Of a stretch of DNA of 64,000 bases, positions 37,826-50,456 are shown piece after piece. The position numbers and the translations under genes were made by a program. Source of the stretch: Octopus sinensis (taxonomy: Eukaryota); contig NC_043011.1 of the NCBI RefSeq assembly GCF_006345805.1, forward strand, positions 41,180,464-41,244,463, read 5' to 3'. Each line of letters begins with the position of its first letter. Position 1 is the first letter of the stretch. Under the pieces are notes generated by a model. That model was not told where the DNA came from, did no database searches, and was given only the letters and a program-made list of their open reading frames with translations.

Positions 37826-38191
37826 GGAGGTACTACTAGCGAACAGTGGTCCCGGTGCGCGCACTCGCGCATCCACGCTAGCTAGTCGTAAGTCGTCGAT
37901 CCTACAACGACTTTTTAACCCTAAACCTAACCCTAACCTTTGTTTATAAAAATAATTTATCGAAAAATATTTAATTTGTGTAAAAAAATTACATACATTG
38001 TTTTAAAAAATAATTTATTTACTTTACGTTTTATTTACTTTGTTTGAAAAATATTATTTGGTTTTCTTTGATATGTATTTAGCCTTGAAATACAAACATA
38101 CGCGCAAGTCGTTGTAGGATCGACTACTTACGACTAGCTAGCGCGGATGCACGAGTGCATGCACCGGGACCACTGTTCGCTAGCAGTATCC
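37826..38191. mobile_element. MITE with about 86-bp TIRs just downstream of the MRPS5 stop
   Basis: 37826-37913 vs 38106-38191; flanked CATAT|GG...CC|ATATG (possible AT TSD); internal CCCTAA-like motifs. Confidence 0.85.
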
Positions 38192-38207
38192 ATATGAGTT
38201 GTCTGTT

Positions 38208-38213
38208 AATAAA
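38208..38213 (+). promoter_or_regulatory. Candidate MRPS5 polyadenylation signal
   Basis: First canonical AATAAA after the stop codon. Confidence 0.45.
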
Positions 38214-38699
38214 GGGACACATTTGAAACGCAAGTATCCAAGACTAAAACATGTACAATTACCAAACAAAAGTCTATAATAATGACCAAAGTATGTGCCC
38301 CATCATCACGAGACACCCTGTATTTTTTGTGTGATATTAAAACAAAACTCTTTTTATTTATCTGTTGAATTCTTCAGAAATTCTATCATTAACATTTTTT
38401 CTTTTCTTACTTTATGTATTTCTAGTGTTCTTATATTCCTACGATTCTTGTTTGTTAATTCTCCTTTTCTTTAGTTCTTTGTTGATTTTCTTTTTGTCAT
38501 ATTTAATCCATTTATATATCAATACTATAATATCCAATAAGATATATTACTAGATCTTGTTTACATGGTGTTATTGCGACTGGTTCCTCCTCTAGTAGTT
38601 AAGTAAATGGAGCCACATACTATTGGTTATAAATTTGTAATAGCTGTTGTGAAGATGTTACATTACTAGAATGCTGGAATGTGCTGTTTATTTGTTTTG

Positions 38700-39150
38700 T
38701 TTTAGTTTTTGTTTTCTTACTGGAACTGAAGGAAGGGGCAGCACCATGACCTTTGCAGGCTCTCCAAGATCAGTGAGATTGATGTTGATAATGTTCAGTT
38801 TAAGCTGCTGCCGGTCAATGGAATGGGGTGATATTCTGAGGAGAAAGGACTGGGCAGAGCAATTAGTGTGGGACATGGTAGGATTGGATGCAACAAAGAT
38901 GAAGTGCATAGGCAAGTGGGACAGAAGTGCCAGAGCGTGGAGATAGAAAACCAGCTGTTTCCAAGGATTAAAAACTATTATAAAAGTGACAAAAAAACTT
39001 GAGTGGAGACCAGGGGATGGAGTGTATCCGTGAGTGATTTTATGCCAATCATTTGAGTGGCTCTTGCCTGGATGTAGTCCAAGATAACTATGTGCATAGC
39101 AGCAGTTCCATTCCAGATGTGGGAGGAGATCTCCACTGCAGGCTTCAATA
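38700..39150 (-). mobile_element. Decayed CR1/Jockey-group LINE C-terminal fragment
   Basis: KPAVEISSHIWNGTAA...ILDYIQARATQMIG...LTDTLHPL resembles the RP.MEY.SH.W..LD..Q.RA region after the RT domain. Confidence 0.6.
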
Positions 39151-39339
39151 ATATGCACTCATTTAACCCAGTGATTCTCACCATTTTTTTTTGCCTATTG
39201 TCCCTATTTCACTCAGGGTGGAGCCCACATAGTCATTCAATGACTGAAAACTATTTTATGATTAAATATTATTAGGAATTGTATGAAAAGATGTTTAAAT
39301 ATGTTATGTATTGTAGAAGTATAAACAATTTCTTGCACA

Positions 39340-39895
39340 TAGATTTTAACAGGCAAGCCAAATGAGACCATAACCCGTGGCCTATGCCAGGAGCGTAACC
39401 AGCCCGCTTATGCATACCTTTTCCTTCTTTGGACACTAAACTCTGCTTGTGAAGACCTGTTGAGGCAAGTGAAATCAAAATCAGATTCGATGACTGGCAT
39501 CCGTGCTAGTGGGGTGCAAAGAGCACCATACGAGTGTGATCATTACCAGTGTCGCCTTACTGGCACTTGTGCCCATGCTAGTTGGGTGCCAAGAGGACCA
39601 TCCGAGCGTGATCGTTACTAGCAACACCTTACTGGCACCTGTGCCGATGGCATGTGTAAAAAGATTCGAGCAAGGTCATTGCCAGTACTGCCTGACTGGC
39701 CTCCGTGCAGGTGGCACGTAAAATGCACCCACTACACTCTCGGAATGGTTAGCGTTAGGAAGGGCATCCAGCTGTAGAAACTCTGCCAGATCAAGATTGG
39801 AGCCTGGTGCAGCCATCTGGTTCGCCAGACCTCAGTCAAATCGTCCAACCCATGCTAGCATGGAAAGCGGACGTTAAACGATGATGATGATGATT
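39340..39895 (+). mobile_element. Long RTE-tailed SINE with internal degenerate repeats
   Basis: Repeated GGCAC..CACCAT..GAGCGTG units, GGAAGGGCATCC domain, (GAT)n tail. Confidence 0.7.
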
Positions 39896-40074
39896 TGAAA
39901 TGAACCTGTAAGGGCCATGTGGACCTCGGTTGAGAACAAGATTTAACCCATGCTAGCATGGAAAAACAGACAGAGAGCAAACAAACTCTGCAAACATAAT
40001 GTGACTTATTTATTTATTCATAAAAGATAAATAGAGCAACAGAGGTAGTATTAATACCCAAGTGGTGATTATTT

Positions 40075-40330
40075 TACTTTATTGCCTTTGCCTTAGCAAA
40101 GGCGGAGGTATTGTTTTCAGTCGGGTTTGTTTGTTTGTCCGTGAACAAGATGTCTCAAGAACCACTGAACGGATTTGGATGAAACTTTCAGGGATGTTTG
40201 GCCTCGTGACTGACACAAACTGATTAGATTTTGGGATTTTTCCAGTTTTTTTACTTAATTGCTGAGAGTGGCCAGGTTCATTTTTAGTATTCTCGTTTGT
40301 GAGAGCATTCAAGTTCTGGATAATCGTTGA
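40075..40330 (+). mobile_element. Helentron-associated (HINE/DINE-like) element
   Basis: TTATTGCCTTTGCCTTAGCAAAGGCGGAGG subterminal hairpin, (GTTT)n, GAACGGATTTGGATGAAACTTTCAGG body. Confidence 0.55.
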
Positions 40331-40847
40331 GCGGACATTGGTGATGCCAACTGAAGTGAAGCAAAGCAATAGAAATCTTAAACTTTACTTCTTTTATGTG
40401 CTTCTGCCCAAAGGATGTGGCCATGCTGGGGCAACACCATTACAAATTCTGCACTAAAGTCATAGGTTCTAGTAAGTTTTCAACCGAGCTTCTGTACATT
40501 AAGCAGGTGTGATAACCACTACACCATGAACTCACTAGGGAATAGAAAAAAAAAAGACCTAGTTTAGTTCAGCTTTTTGAGAACTTAACCCTTAAACTTT
40601 AGTTTAAGGGTTAAGTTTTTCAGTTTGTTTAAGAGCCTTTTAGATCTGATGTAGTGATTTTCGTTTGCTTTTTCTGACAAAATGACCTTTCCTCATCGTT
40701 TAACGTCCGTTCTCCATGCTGGCATGGGTTATAAAACATATCTGTGGACAACATTTCTGACTGATGGAGATCTTTTGCAAGTGACCTCAAGGACTTTCTG
40801 GGATTGTAATCAATGGTCTGTTGAACTTGCTGGATAAATTCAGGTGT

Positions 40848-41140
40848 TCAGATGATTTTAGAGTGTTTAGAATGCTTTGATACTGGTGATACATTTCCAT
40901 CTTCAGTCTGTAACTCCTTACAAACTTCATAGATGAAAGCTCTGGCAACTTTTAAAAATTGAGATATTTCTAAATCGCTATGCTCAGCCTTTATAACCAC
41001 AATAACAGCAAGCCTCTTCATCTCTTGAGTAAGCTGAGGGTTGGCCATTATTATTTTCTGAAACAAAGATTATAGAGAGTTAGCAAAAATGCAGCAATAA
41101 CCTCCAAAAAGGTATGTCCTCAAATACCTTATACACCCTG
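40848..41140 (-). mobile_element. Tc1/mariner-superfamily transposon 5' fragment
   Basis: TA|CAGGGTGTAT TIR; MANPQLTQEMKRLAVIVVIKAEHSDLEISQFLKVARAFIYEVCKEL is an N-terminal HTH-like transposase start. Confidence 0.7.
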
Positions 41141-41629
41141 TAGTATAGTGATTCACTGGAGATCACTAACTGGCTGCTATTTTAGCAGGTCAAGTAACCA
41201 GGCACAGGTTCTCTCAACATCTTGAAATGCTTACAATTGTCAGTAGATTGCTGTTGGACAAGATAGGTCGGTGAGCTGATAGTAAATATCTGTTGAACTG
41301 GATCTATGGGTAGATAGCTGTTAAACTGGGTGGTTAGGTAATGGGTAGACAAAGATAAAGACGAGGTAAAAAGACAGAAAAAAAATTTTAACAACTTTCA
41401 GCAATATTTGAATAAAAATTTATTTTCTAAGTTTGTATAGAATTTATGTATATTTTTTACAAGAGACCTGGATCAATACTTTATTGTGAAGGAGGACACT
41501 TAATTACAGGAATGTCAACTGATTATGATGGTGATGCTTACACAGACACAAAGTCAAAATTTTCTAGACTTCTTAAGTAGCTCAAGCTGACCCCAGAATT
41601 TTACTGGTACTTATTTTATCAACCTTTAA

Positions 41630-41849
41630 CCCTTTAGTGTTCAGATTATTCTATCAAACATAATGCCTATTGATTCCCATTGATTTGAATTAATCATGCA
41701 TTATCTCATATCTTCAAGATCTTGATGGTGTAATTACTTAATGTAGAATAACATTGTAGGGTAGGTGTGAGAGCCTGGATCTGGCCAGTTTGAACATAAA
41801 ATATGTAGAATACTTTTGGCCGGATATGGCCGGTTAAAATACTAAAGGG
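41630..41849. mobile_element. piggyBac-type MITE (220 bp)
   Basis: TTAA|CCCTTTAG...CTAAAGGG|TTAA; sibling at 54970-55190. Confidence 0.85.
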
Positions 41850-42834
41850 TTAAAGAGATGACAAGCAAAGTCAGCCCTAGTCAATTCATAATTTATGAAT
41901 TTGGACACGCAGCCAGCAGTTTTGAGAGAAGCAGGGGTTGGTCAACTTGCTGCCTTAATATTAACAGAAATTACATTAGCACAAAAGTATGTTTTTGTAA
42001 AAGAGGAGTGGTGTGTGGTTAATTTGGTTCCCAGGTCATGACTGGTATTAATTTATCACTCAAAACGGAATGAAAGACAAGTTGATGCTTGTGAAATTGT
42101 TTTGTGATTGTAACTAAGCATTGCAAAGCTTTTAAACCTGGGTCCCTTCCATCTCTGCCTCAGCTGTCCAATTTCTTCTGAAAGACTTGAAGTTATAGAA
42201 TTGGATAACTGATTTGTAAACTTCCCAAAGACACAACCACTGAAACTATTTCTTTTATGTGCTTCTGCCCAAAGGATGTGGCCATGCTGGGGCACCACCA
42301 TTAAAAATTCTGCACTAAAGTCATAGGTTCTAGTAAGTTTTGAACTGAGCTTCTGTACATTAAGCAGGTGTGATAACCACTACACCATGAACTCACTAGG
42401 GAATAGAAAAAAAAAGACCTAGTTTAGTTCAGCTCTTTGAGAACTTAAACCCTTAAACTACATTGTCTGGCATAATAATTATTTATTTATCATCCTTTGA
42501 CTAAAGTCCTTAACCTGCAAATTTTTAAGAAAGAAAGAAAATGTGACTTAGTAACTGTCATACTTTACCTAAAGTGAAATAGCTTCAAATAAGAATTGAA
42601 ACCCAAATTGCAAATTCAATTTACTGGGAAGTTGCCCCCCACCCCTATTATGCCACTCTTCTGCCAGGCTCACTCTAAAAGGTGATTTCTAAGAGACCCA
42701 CAAATGTGTGGTAGGGAGAGGATATAGTGGATTGAATTAAATCGCAGAAAATACCTGACACTTAAAGGGGAACATTCCTCAGGTGTAACAGATCTATATT
42801 CAAAGACGTTCCAGCTTTAGCCATCCTACTTTTA

Positions 42835-43016
42835 CAAGGGGCAGCCAAAAAAAAAAAAGAAGAAAAAAAACTCCCGTTTTACACAGCCATTGGTGTGGCT
42901 AATGTTTTACCATTTTTCTTTTAGTTATCATGGTTTAAATCAATGCACCTTGTACCTTTGATGTTGAAATGTTTGTCAGCCTGTAAAATGTCGGAGAATA
43001 TTTTTGCCCCACCCTG
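42835..43016. mobile_element. Tc1/mariner-type MITE
   Basis: TA|CAAGGGGCAGCCAAAA ... TTTTGCCCCACCCTG|TA. Confidence 0.65.
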
Positions 43017-44894
43017 TATTTTATTTTCGCATATCTAAACGCAATGATAGTGCAGGATTTTAGTTGCCAAATAGACAGGTTTTTTTTAATAAAAAAAGTA
43101 AAAACCTACAATATCATTAAAATCTTATTCACACATTAAAATGTGCAGAGTTACAAGGGTTTGGCATCACTGATCTAGCACTGCTTTATTCAATGTGTCC
43201 TTGTTTTATAACAACAGTGTGTGATTTGAGAGAGATTTTGTTGCTATTTGTAGCAAGCCAATTAACAGTACAGTAAGTCCATCATTGGTCCATGGAAAGA
43301 GAAATCAATCGAAGTGGTATTTAAACTCAGAACTTAAGGAATGAAAGAGTACATCTAGTCAAATGCTGTACATTTTTCCTACCACTCAGCCACCTGTTTC
43401 TCACCTAAGTAATGATTATCATAAATCATTATTATTATTTTCACCAGGTAAAACAGTAAACTTGTTTATATGAGTTTATCAACTTTAGTTTGAATGAAAG
43501 GTCAACTCTGGCATCAGTCTTCTACCTCTCTACCAGCCAATCATTTATTGTCCTTTTTTCCATGCTGGCATGGGTTGGATAGACCAACAGCAACCAATTG
43601 GTTCCTTATTTTAGAGGCCCCAAAAGGATGAAAGACAAAGATGATAATTGCTTCTGGTTTAGGTGTAAGGTCAGCAGTATTAAGAGGAGCAAAGGAGCTC
43701 ATTACGTTGACCCCATTTACTTGACTGGTACCTTGTTTTAATGATCCTGGAAGGACAAAAGAGTAAAACTGACCTTGAAAAATTTTAACTCAAGTATGCT
43801 AATAATGTTTTCAAATTTAGGTACAAGGCCAGCAGTTTTAGGGGAGGGGGAATGTTGATTACAATGACCCCAGTATTTGGCTGGTACTTTATTTTATTGA
43901 CCCTGAAAGCATGAAAGGCAAAGGTGATTTTGGCATAATTTGAACTTAGAACGTAAAGAGCCAGAAGAAATGTCACTGTTTTGTCTGGCATGTTAATGAT
44001 TCTGTCAACTCGCCACCATAATAATAATCTTTTCTACTCTAGGCACAAGGCCTGATATTTTTGGGAGGAGGGGCCAGTCGATTAGATCAACCCCAGTATA
44101 CAACTGGTATTTAATTTATCGACCCCAAAAGGATGAAAGGCAAAGTCGACCTCAGCAGAATTTGAACTCAGAACATAGCAACAGACGAAATAGCGCTAAG
44201 CATTTCACCTGGCGTGCTAATGTCGCTGCCAGCTTGTCACCTTATAATAATAGTTTCAGTTTGGCACAAGGTCAGCAATTTCAGGGGAACAGGTAAGTTG
44301 ATTCCCCAGTATGCAACTGGTACTTATTTTATTGACTCCAAACGGATGAAAGGTAAAGTTGACCGTGGCAGAATTTGAACACAGAACGTAAAGCTGAAAA
44401 AAATGCTGCTAAGCATTTTGTTCAGTGTGTTAACACTTCTGCCATCCTACCACCTTAATCATCATCATCATCATCATTTAATGTCTGCTTTCCTTAAAAA
44501 TAATTTGTCAAACCAGGACTAGAAATTTCAATAGATTGGAAATAAATTTTCAGGGAAAAAAAGATAAAAATAATAATAATTATAATAATGTGTAAATCCA
44601 CTTATTTCAGTGTTAGTTAGCAATAGATGGAAAAGAGAAAACAGTTTATTTTTAATAATCTATTTCTCTACCAAACCGAAAACTAACCACCTTCACTAGA
44701 CATGTCTTTCCAATCCAGGAATAATAATGAATGCAAAGTGAGACAGGGTTTATTTAATTATAGTCGTAAGGCGTTATCAAAAATCGTTAAGTAGATAACA
44801 AATGAACTTTTGATTTTATTTTTGACGATTCTACATACTCCCAGCATCAGATTCAGTGAGAGATCTAAGCAGGTGCTTCAGCTTCAAATTAGTA

Positions 44895-44996
44895 TCACGA
44901 TTGGAACTCCGATGACATTTTACTAGCTAAACTGGTGAAACCCTTATTGGCCATGTTGTTTTTGGCTTTTAATTGTACATAATGCTGGGCTTGAGT
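44895..44996 (-). CDS. VPS35L: VPS35L last coding exon ([33 protein letters not shown])
   Basis: CTCTTTTCAG acceptor, phase 0, TGA at 44895-44897; length matches the human terminal segment but similarity is weak; AATAAA at 44815-44820. Confidence 0.7.
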   Translation of the reverse strand, partial: TQAQHYVQLKAKNNMANKGFTSLASKMSSEFQS

Positions 44997-47900
44997 CTGA
45001 AAAGAGAAAAGGGAGTAAAAAAAAAAAGGAAAATAGAATAAAATGCAAAAATTCAATTGACTAATTATATTGGTGGATGTTACAAAAGTTGTTTGGGCAA
45101 TTAATTAAGTCAAATGTGTATCATCGTCAACATCGTTTTAATGTCTGCTTATTCATGCTTACATGACTCAAATGGAATCTGTTGAAGCAGATTTTCTGTA
45201 GCCAGATACTCTTCCTGTATCACTCTCTCAAACACCTGATCCTATCTGAATCCTTATTTTACTTTTATATATATATATATACAAGCAAAACGCCTCCCTG
45301 TCCAATAGACGGTGCTGAGTTGTCAAACATTTAAACCAAATTTTCTCAAAACAACTTATCTGACCGTCCCATTTTGAGGCATTATTTCAAGCCAGCCGGG
45401 CTTTTTTTGTGCAAACTGCACGTGCATTTTTCTTGCGCACGCGTAGTATCGATCGCAACAGCTGATGTACTTGCATGTTCCCATGGCTTTATCGATCACA
45501 TTCTCACCTGGAATCGATTTTTGTAATTTTTTCAAAACTTATACATGCCCTGATACTGTCGGTATCTACATATCAAATTTGAGCGCAGTTGGATGGAGGA
45601 TGCCCGCGATCCTACAAGACACACACAGACGGACAGAACAGCTTTTATATAATAGATATTCATTTACTTATTTATTAAAAGAAAAAAAATGGAGATGATC
45701 CCTCTCACTTACAATTTGTTTCTTATCCATGCAACCATGCTTCTGTGATAATCCCCAGAGATTAACAGCTAAAGTAAGCATATTGGCTTCTGTCAGTTGT
45801 CCATGGGTAACAATAGTGTTGAAGAGCTCCAGAGCAAGATAGCTTTGTCTTTTAAATGCCTGGACAAGAAAAAAAGAAATCACAATTAATCAAAGAATCA
45901 AGGGATTAAATGATGTCCTCTCAAGGCGAAAATCACAGTATTTGGCATTTTAACCCCTTAATGGATTATCCCGAGTTTACTCATGCATCGCAAATGTATC
46001 TTTTTAGAACCACACGAGTATACTCGGTCAAAATTAACTTTTAATCTTAGCACTCAAACGAGTTTATTTGTTTTGTATCATTTCATTTTTGAGCAATCAT
46101 GAATTTACTTGCGTTGTTTAAAAAAAAAAAAACAGTATTTTTTTCATTTGATGGATTTGGCTATCTTATGTTTCGTATAAAGCATCTTTGGAAACTTCAG
46201 CTTCTGTTATGAAAATGCAATTTAGAATGCAAATAATCATCAAGCTCATTGAAAAATATAGGCCCTTATTGCCTCCCACGCAACCATGAAGACCATCATC
46301 GATCCCACATCCAACAAGATTTGCCCCAGCTGGTCACTTTACCATGGAAATACCACCAAGTGATAAGAAAAAGAACCCTACAAGACAGTGTGTAAAATGC
46401 GCAGAGAAGAGAGACGCTAAAGGAAAGAAGATTTGAAGAGAAAGAAGATACATGTATGATGTCTGCAAGATAACTGTGTGTAACCCCTTGTTTTAAAAAT
46501 TATCATTCTAAATAAACTATCTCATTTAAAAAAAATTTTCCTTTGATTTAAAAGCAATACATCTTATAAAAGAAATCAAAGATAGTTAAGTTATATGTTT
46601 TTTTTCAATGTCTGAGCTAACTCGTTTAAATCCAAATGAGTAAAAAGTACATTTTAATTTCTATAATAAAAAATAGAAGAAACAAGATAAAAAACTCTTT
46701 TTGTAATTAACACAGTGTATATAATTAAAAAAGGAAATAAAAAAAATATGCTCTGAAATGAAACACCATGTCAAAATAATTGATCCATTAAGGGGTAGAA
46801 CAGAAACATATTTGACAGAGTAATCTGAATGCTACTTTAGAACAGGGAATTTTTATCATAGAAATTGGGCCAATCTCAGGTGGGTTGGTATTAAAAAAAT
46901 TAAAGAATATTAATGTGTGTGTATACTATTATGTGCACCCATGGCACAGCGATACTTCTATACATTGGCATTGGAAAATCAACCTCTTCCTCAATTATTC
47001 AGGGCTCAATAAGATTCGCATATATACCATCATCATCATTTAACATCCAATTGTCCATGCTGGCATGGGTTGGACAGTTTGACCAGGGATGGTAAGCTAC
47101 ACCAGACATAAGTTTGATTCGACATGGTTTTCTATGGCTGGATGCTCTTCCTAATGCCAACCACTTTGAGAGTGTAATGGAGTGCTTTTACATGCTACCA
47201 ACATGGGTGCCAGTTGCTTGACTGTTGCATCCAAGGACACATTCTGGTCAATGGTCTGTTTGAAGATGGTCTTTGAGTCACAGGTCTGCTAGATCAGAGC
47301 TACCTTGTGTGAATGCCTGACACTCAACTCCCCAAGACACTGTTTTATAATACACACAAGGTAGACAGAAAAATGCTCTCCATGTTAATTTATGTTCCAA
47401 ACACCATCTTGTGCTTGCATTTTGCAAGTGTTGGAATTGATCTCAAAACTCTTCAGTGAGGTTTTGGAGTGACAGGGTGAAATCTCAGCTTTAAATAAAT
47501 GAATAACCTTTATACTGAAGCACAATTTTCACTCCGTGTTTCCAAACACATACATGTGTGTGTGTGTGTGTGTGTGTGGAGAGGAGTATAAAAATATAAG
47601 CGTGTCTGATGATAATTTTTATTTAATATAACACTTCAGGTGAGATAAAATAACTAATGAAGACAATATTATCAAGTTGGAAGCCAGATTAATAACTAAA
47701 CTAAAAAAAAAAAATTGGGGAGAGAATAAGAACTGTAGCGATAAAACATTAGAATCTTCCAAAATATTGAACCCATGAAGATGTTCCAGCTTACCTCTTG
47801 TGATGCCAGTGTTTTTAAGTGTCCAAGAATTTCGGTGATTAACGAGTCACATATGGTTCTAACTTCTTCAATGAATATTGGATCTGAACCATATAGTTTA

Positions 47901-50419
47901 TCATTGGAATCAACTGAAAACAGAAACCAAAGACAACAAAGTGAATAAAAAAAATAGAATAAAAGAAAGTAAAACACAGTGATTGTTTTTTAGCCCCAGG
48001 CTGGCTTTGACCGAGCAAACTTATCAAAAGTGTATTCTAGTTATGATTAGCCTATCATTTTAGATGGAATCTAAATATATTGCTAATGATTCCTTCCTTT
48101 TTTTCTTAAGATGGTATGGTGTGTTTTGAGGGAGATTTGGCTGTTATTTCTAGCAGGCTGAACAATCACAAAATGTTCTGTCATCAACTCACCAAAATAA
48201 ATTTGGTGGTATTATAACTTTACCTCTTTATATGTTCCAGCCCAAAGGGTGTGGCCATGCTAGGGTACCACCATATCGAGAAAACAAACATCACATGGCT
48301 GTGTGGTAGGAAGCTTTGAAGCTCTGAAGTCTGGCAACTGACTTGGTAAACACCCACAAAATCATTACCCATTGTGCCAACAACCACCTTGAGCACCTTT
48401 TTGAGCTCCATGTGTCTAACACATGTGGGCATGCTTTCAAAGTCAGAAAACAGCACAGCTCCCATGACTTTCAGAAACATTTTTCACACTCAGAGTTGCT
48501 GAAGCATGGAACAAACTACCTGCATCAGTTGTTAGCTGCTGAGACATTGCATCCTTTAAAACTTCCATGCTTCCTGAAATTCACCAACACTACATGTGAT
48601 ATACCACCCTCCATATGCATGCACACATGTATATCATGACTCATACACTGTTCACTTTCCTGACTTTTGCACATAATTCTATGTACTGTACATGCACGTT
48701 TGATGAGTTTTAGTGCACCTGAACACCATACACAATAATTTCATTATATATATATATATATATATATATATAGGTGGAGGTGCAATGGCCCACTGATTAG
48801 GGCAGCGGACTCGCAGTTGTAGGTTCGCAGTTTCGATTCCCAGACCGGGCGTTGTGAGTGTTTATTGAGTGAAAACACCTAAAGCTCCACGGGGCTCCGG
48901 CAGGAGGTGGTGGCGATCCCTGCTATACTCTTTCGCCACAACTTTCTCTCACTCTTTCTTCTGTTGGCCTGCTCGCTTAGCCAGCGGGGTGACATCATTT
49001 GAAGGCTAAAACAATGCGAAGCGCATGGTGACCAGCGATGTGTAGCAACATCTGATAACCTGGTCAGTCACGGTGATATATATATATAAACTGATTGAAA
49101 GAAAGAGACATTAAATATCAGAAAGTGGAATTTTTATAGAAAAAAAGAGAATTGTGGCAAGACACAATCACATATGTCCTACATCTCGGACATGAAGACA
49201 AACACAAACATACAGGCTTATGCAGTGTCCATTTAATCTTGCTCACAAGTTATTATTGAACACAAAGCTATGGTAAAAAAATACTTTCTCAAAGTACTGG
49301 GAAGTGGGATAGAACACAGAGCCATGTGGTTGCGAAGCCAACTTCTAAACCACACAGTCATATGAGTATTTTTCCTTGTGTCCTTCATTGTGTTACATAC
49401 TTTTCCTCAATCACTGCTTTATTAGCTTCTCTTGTCGTTCTTACCTTTGCTAACATGATACAGGTAATCTTCCTGACAGGAACCTGATAGCATGCACAAC
49501 ACTCGGATGTAAAGCACTATTTTCCCGTCTGTGTTCGCATCTGTGTTGTAACCTTTTAACACATTTAGCAATCCCTTTAAGACATACATCACGCCAGCAT
49601 CAGGATTGTCCTGAAAGAACAGAAAATTATTTTCATTATCACTATTATCATCACCATCATCATCAGTAGTAGTTGTAGTGGTGGTGTAACCAATTATTTT
49701 TAAATTCAGAAATTATTGTTGCTATACTTTGGATGGGTCATTTTGCCAATGGGAAAAAAAACCATGCTGGCTATATTTTACTTCATTTTATCATTATTAC
49801 TAAACCAATTGATTGGTCAATCAATCAGTTGAATTATCAGAGTCTTTCCATTGCCATCAGTGATAGCTCATCAATAATGTGCCTCAATTGCAGCTGGTAA
49901 TTGGGAGAGGGCGGCACAAGACCATGATGGATGGAGGAAGAAGATAGTGCATGATGGTTGTTCAAGGTTTGAGAGGGAGAGAGTGGAGTATGAGAGAATT
50001 GGGGGCGGGGGGCTTAGAAGGGGGGAACCTGTGGAAAGTGAGAGAGTGTTGCTTTTTATGTGTGTAGTTTGTGGGTGGAGGTGTTTGAGTCATGCAGGCC
50101 TGGTGAGCCATCAAAATTCTCATAGAAATCGACCCCTATGATAAACAATGATGTGGCTATTAAAATTCATAACAGAACATGTATAAAATGTGGAAGGGTG
50201 TGCCTTTCAGTTGGAGGTCTAAAAAGACATGTTAAGAGAGTGCATATGGTGGCACCCGTTTCTCCTGCCAGCCAGTACTGTTGTCTATTATGTAATAAAA
50301 TGTGTAAAAGCTTGGCAGGGCTTAAAAGTCTTATAAGGGCATCCCGTGGCAACAGTAATGAATTATTTCAGTAAGTCTTCTTGGCAATGACTTTTTGTGT
50401 GTAATGAGGATGCAGCTGT

Positions 50420-50456
<37 letters not shown>

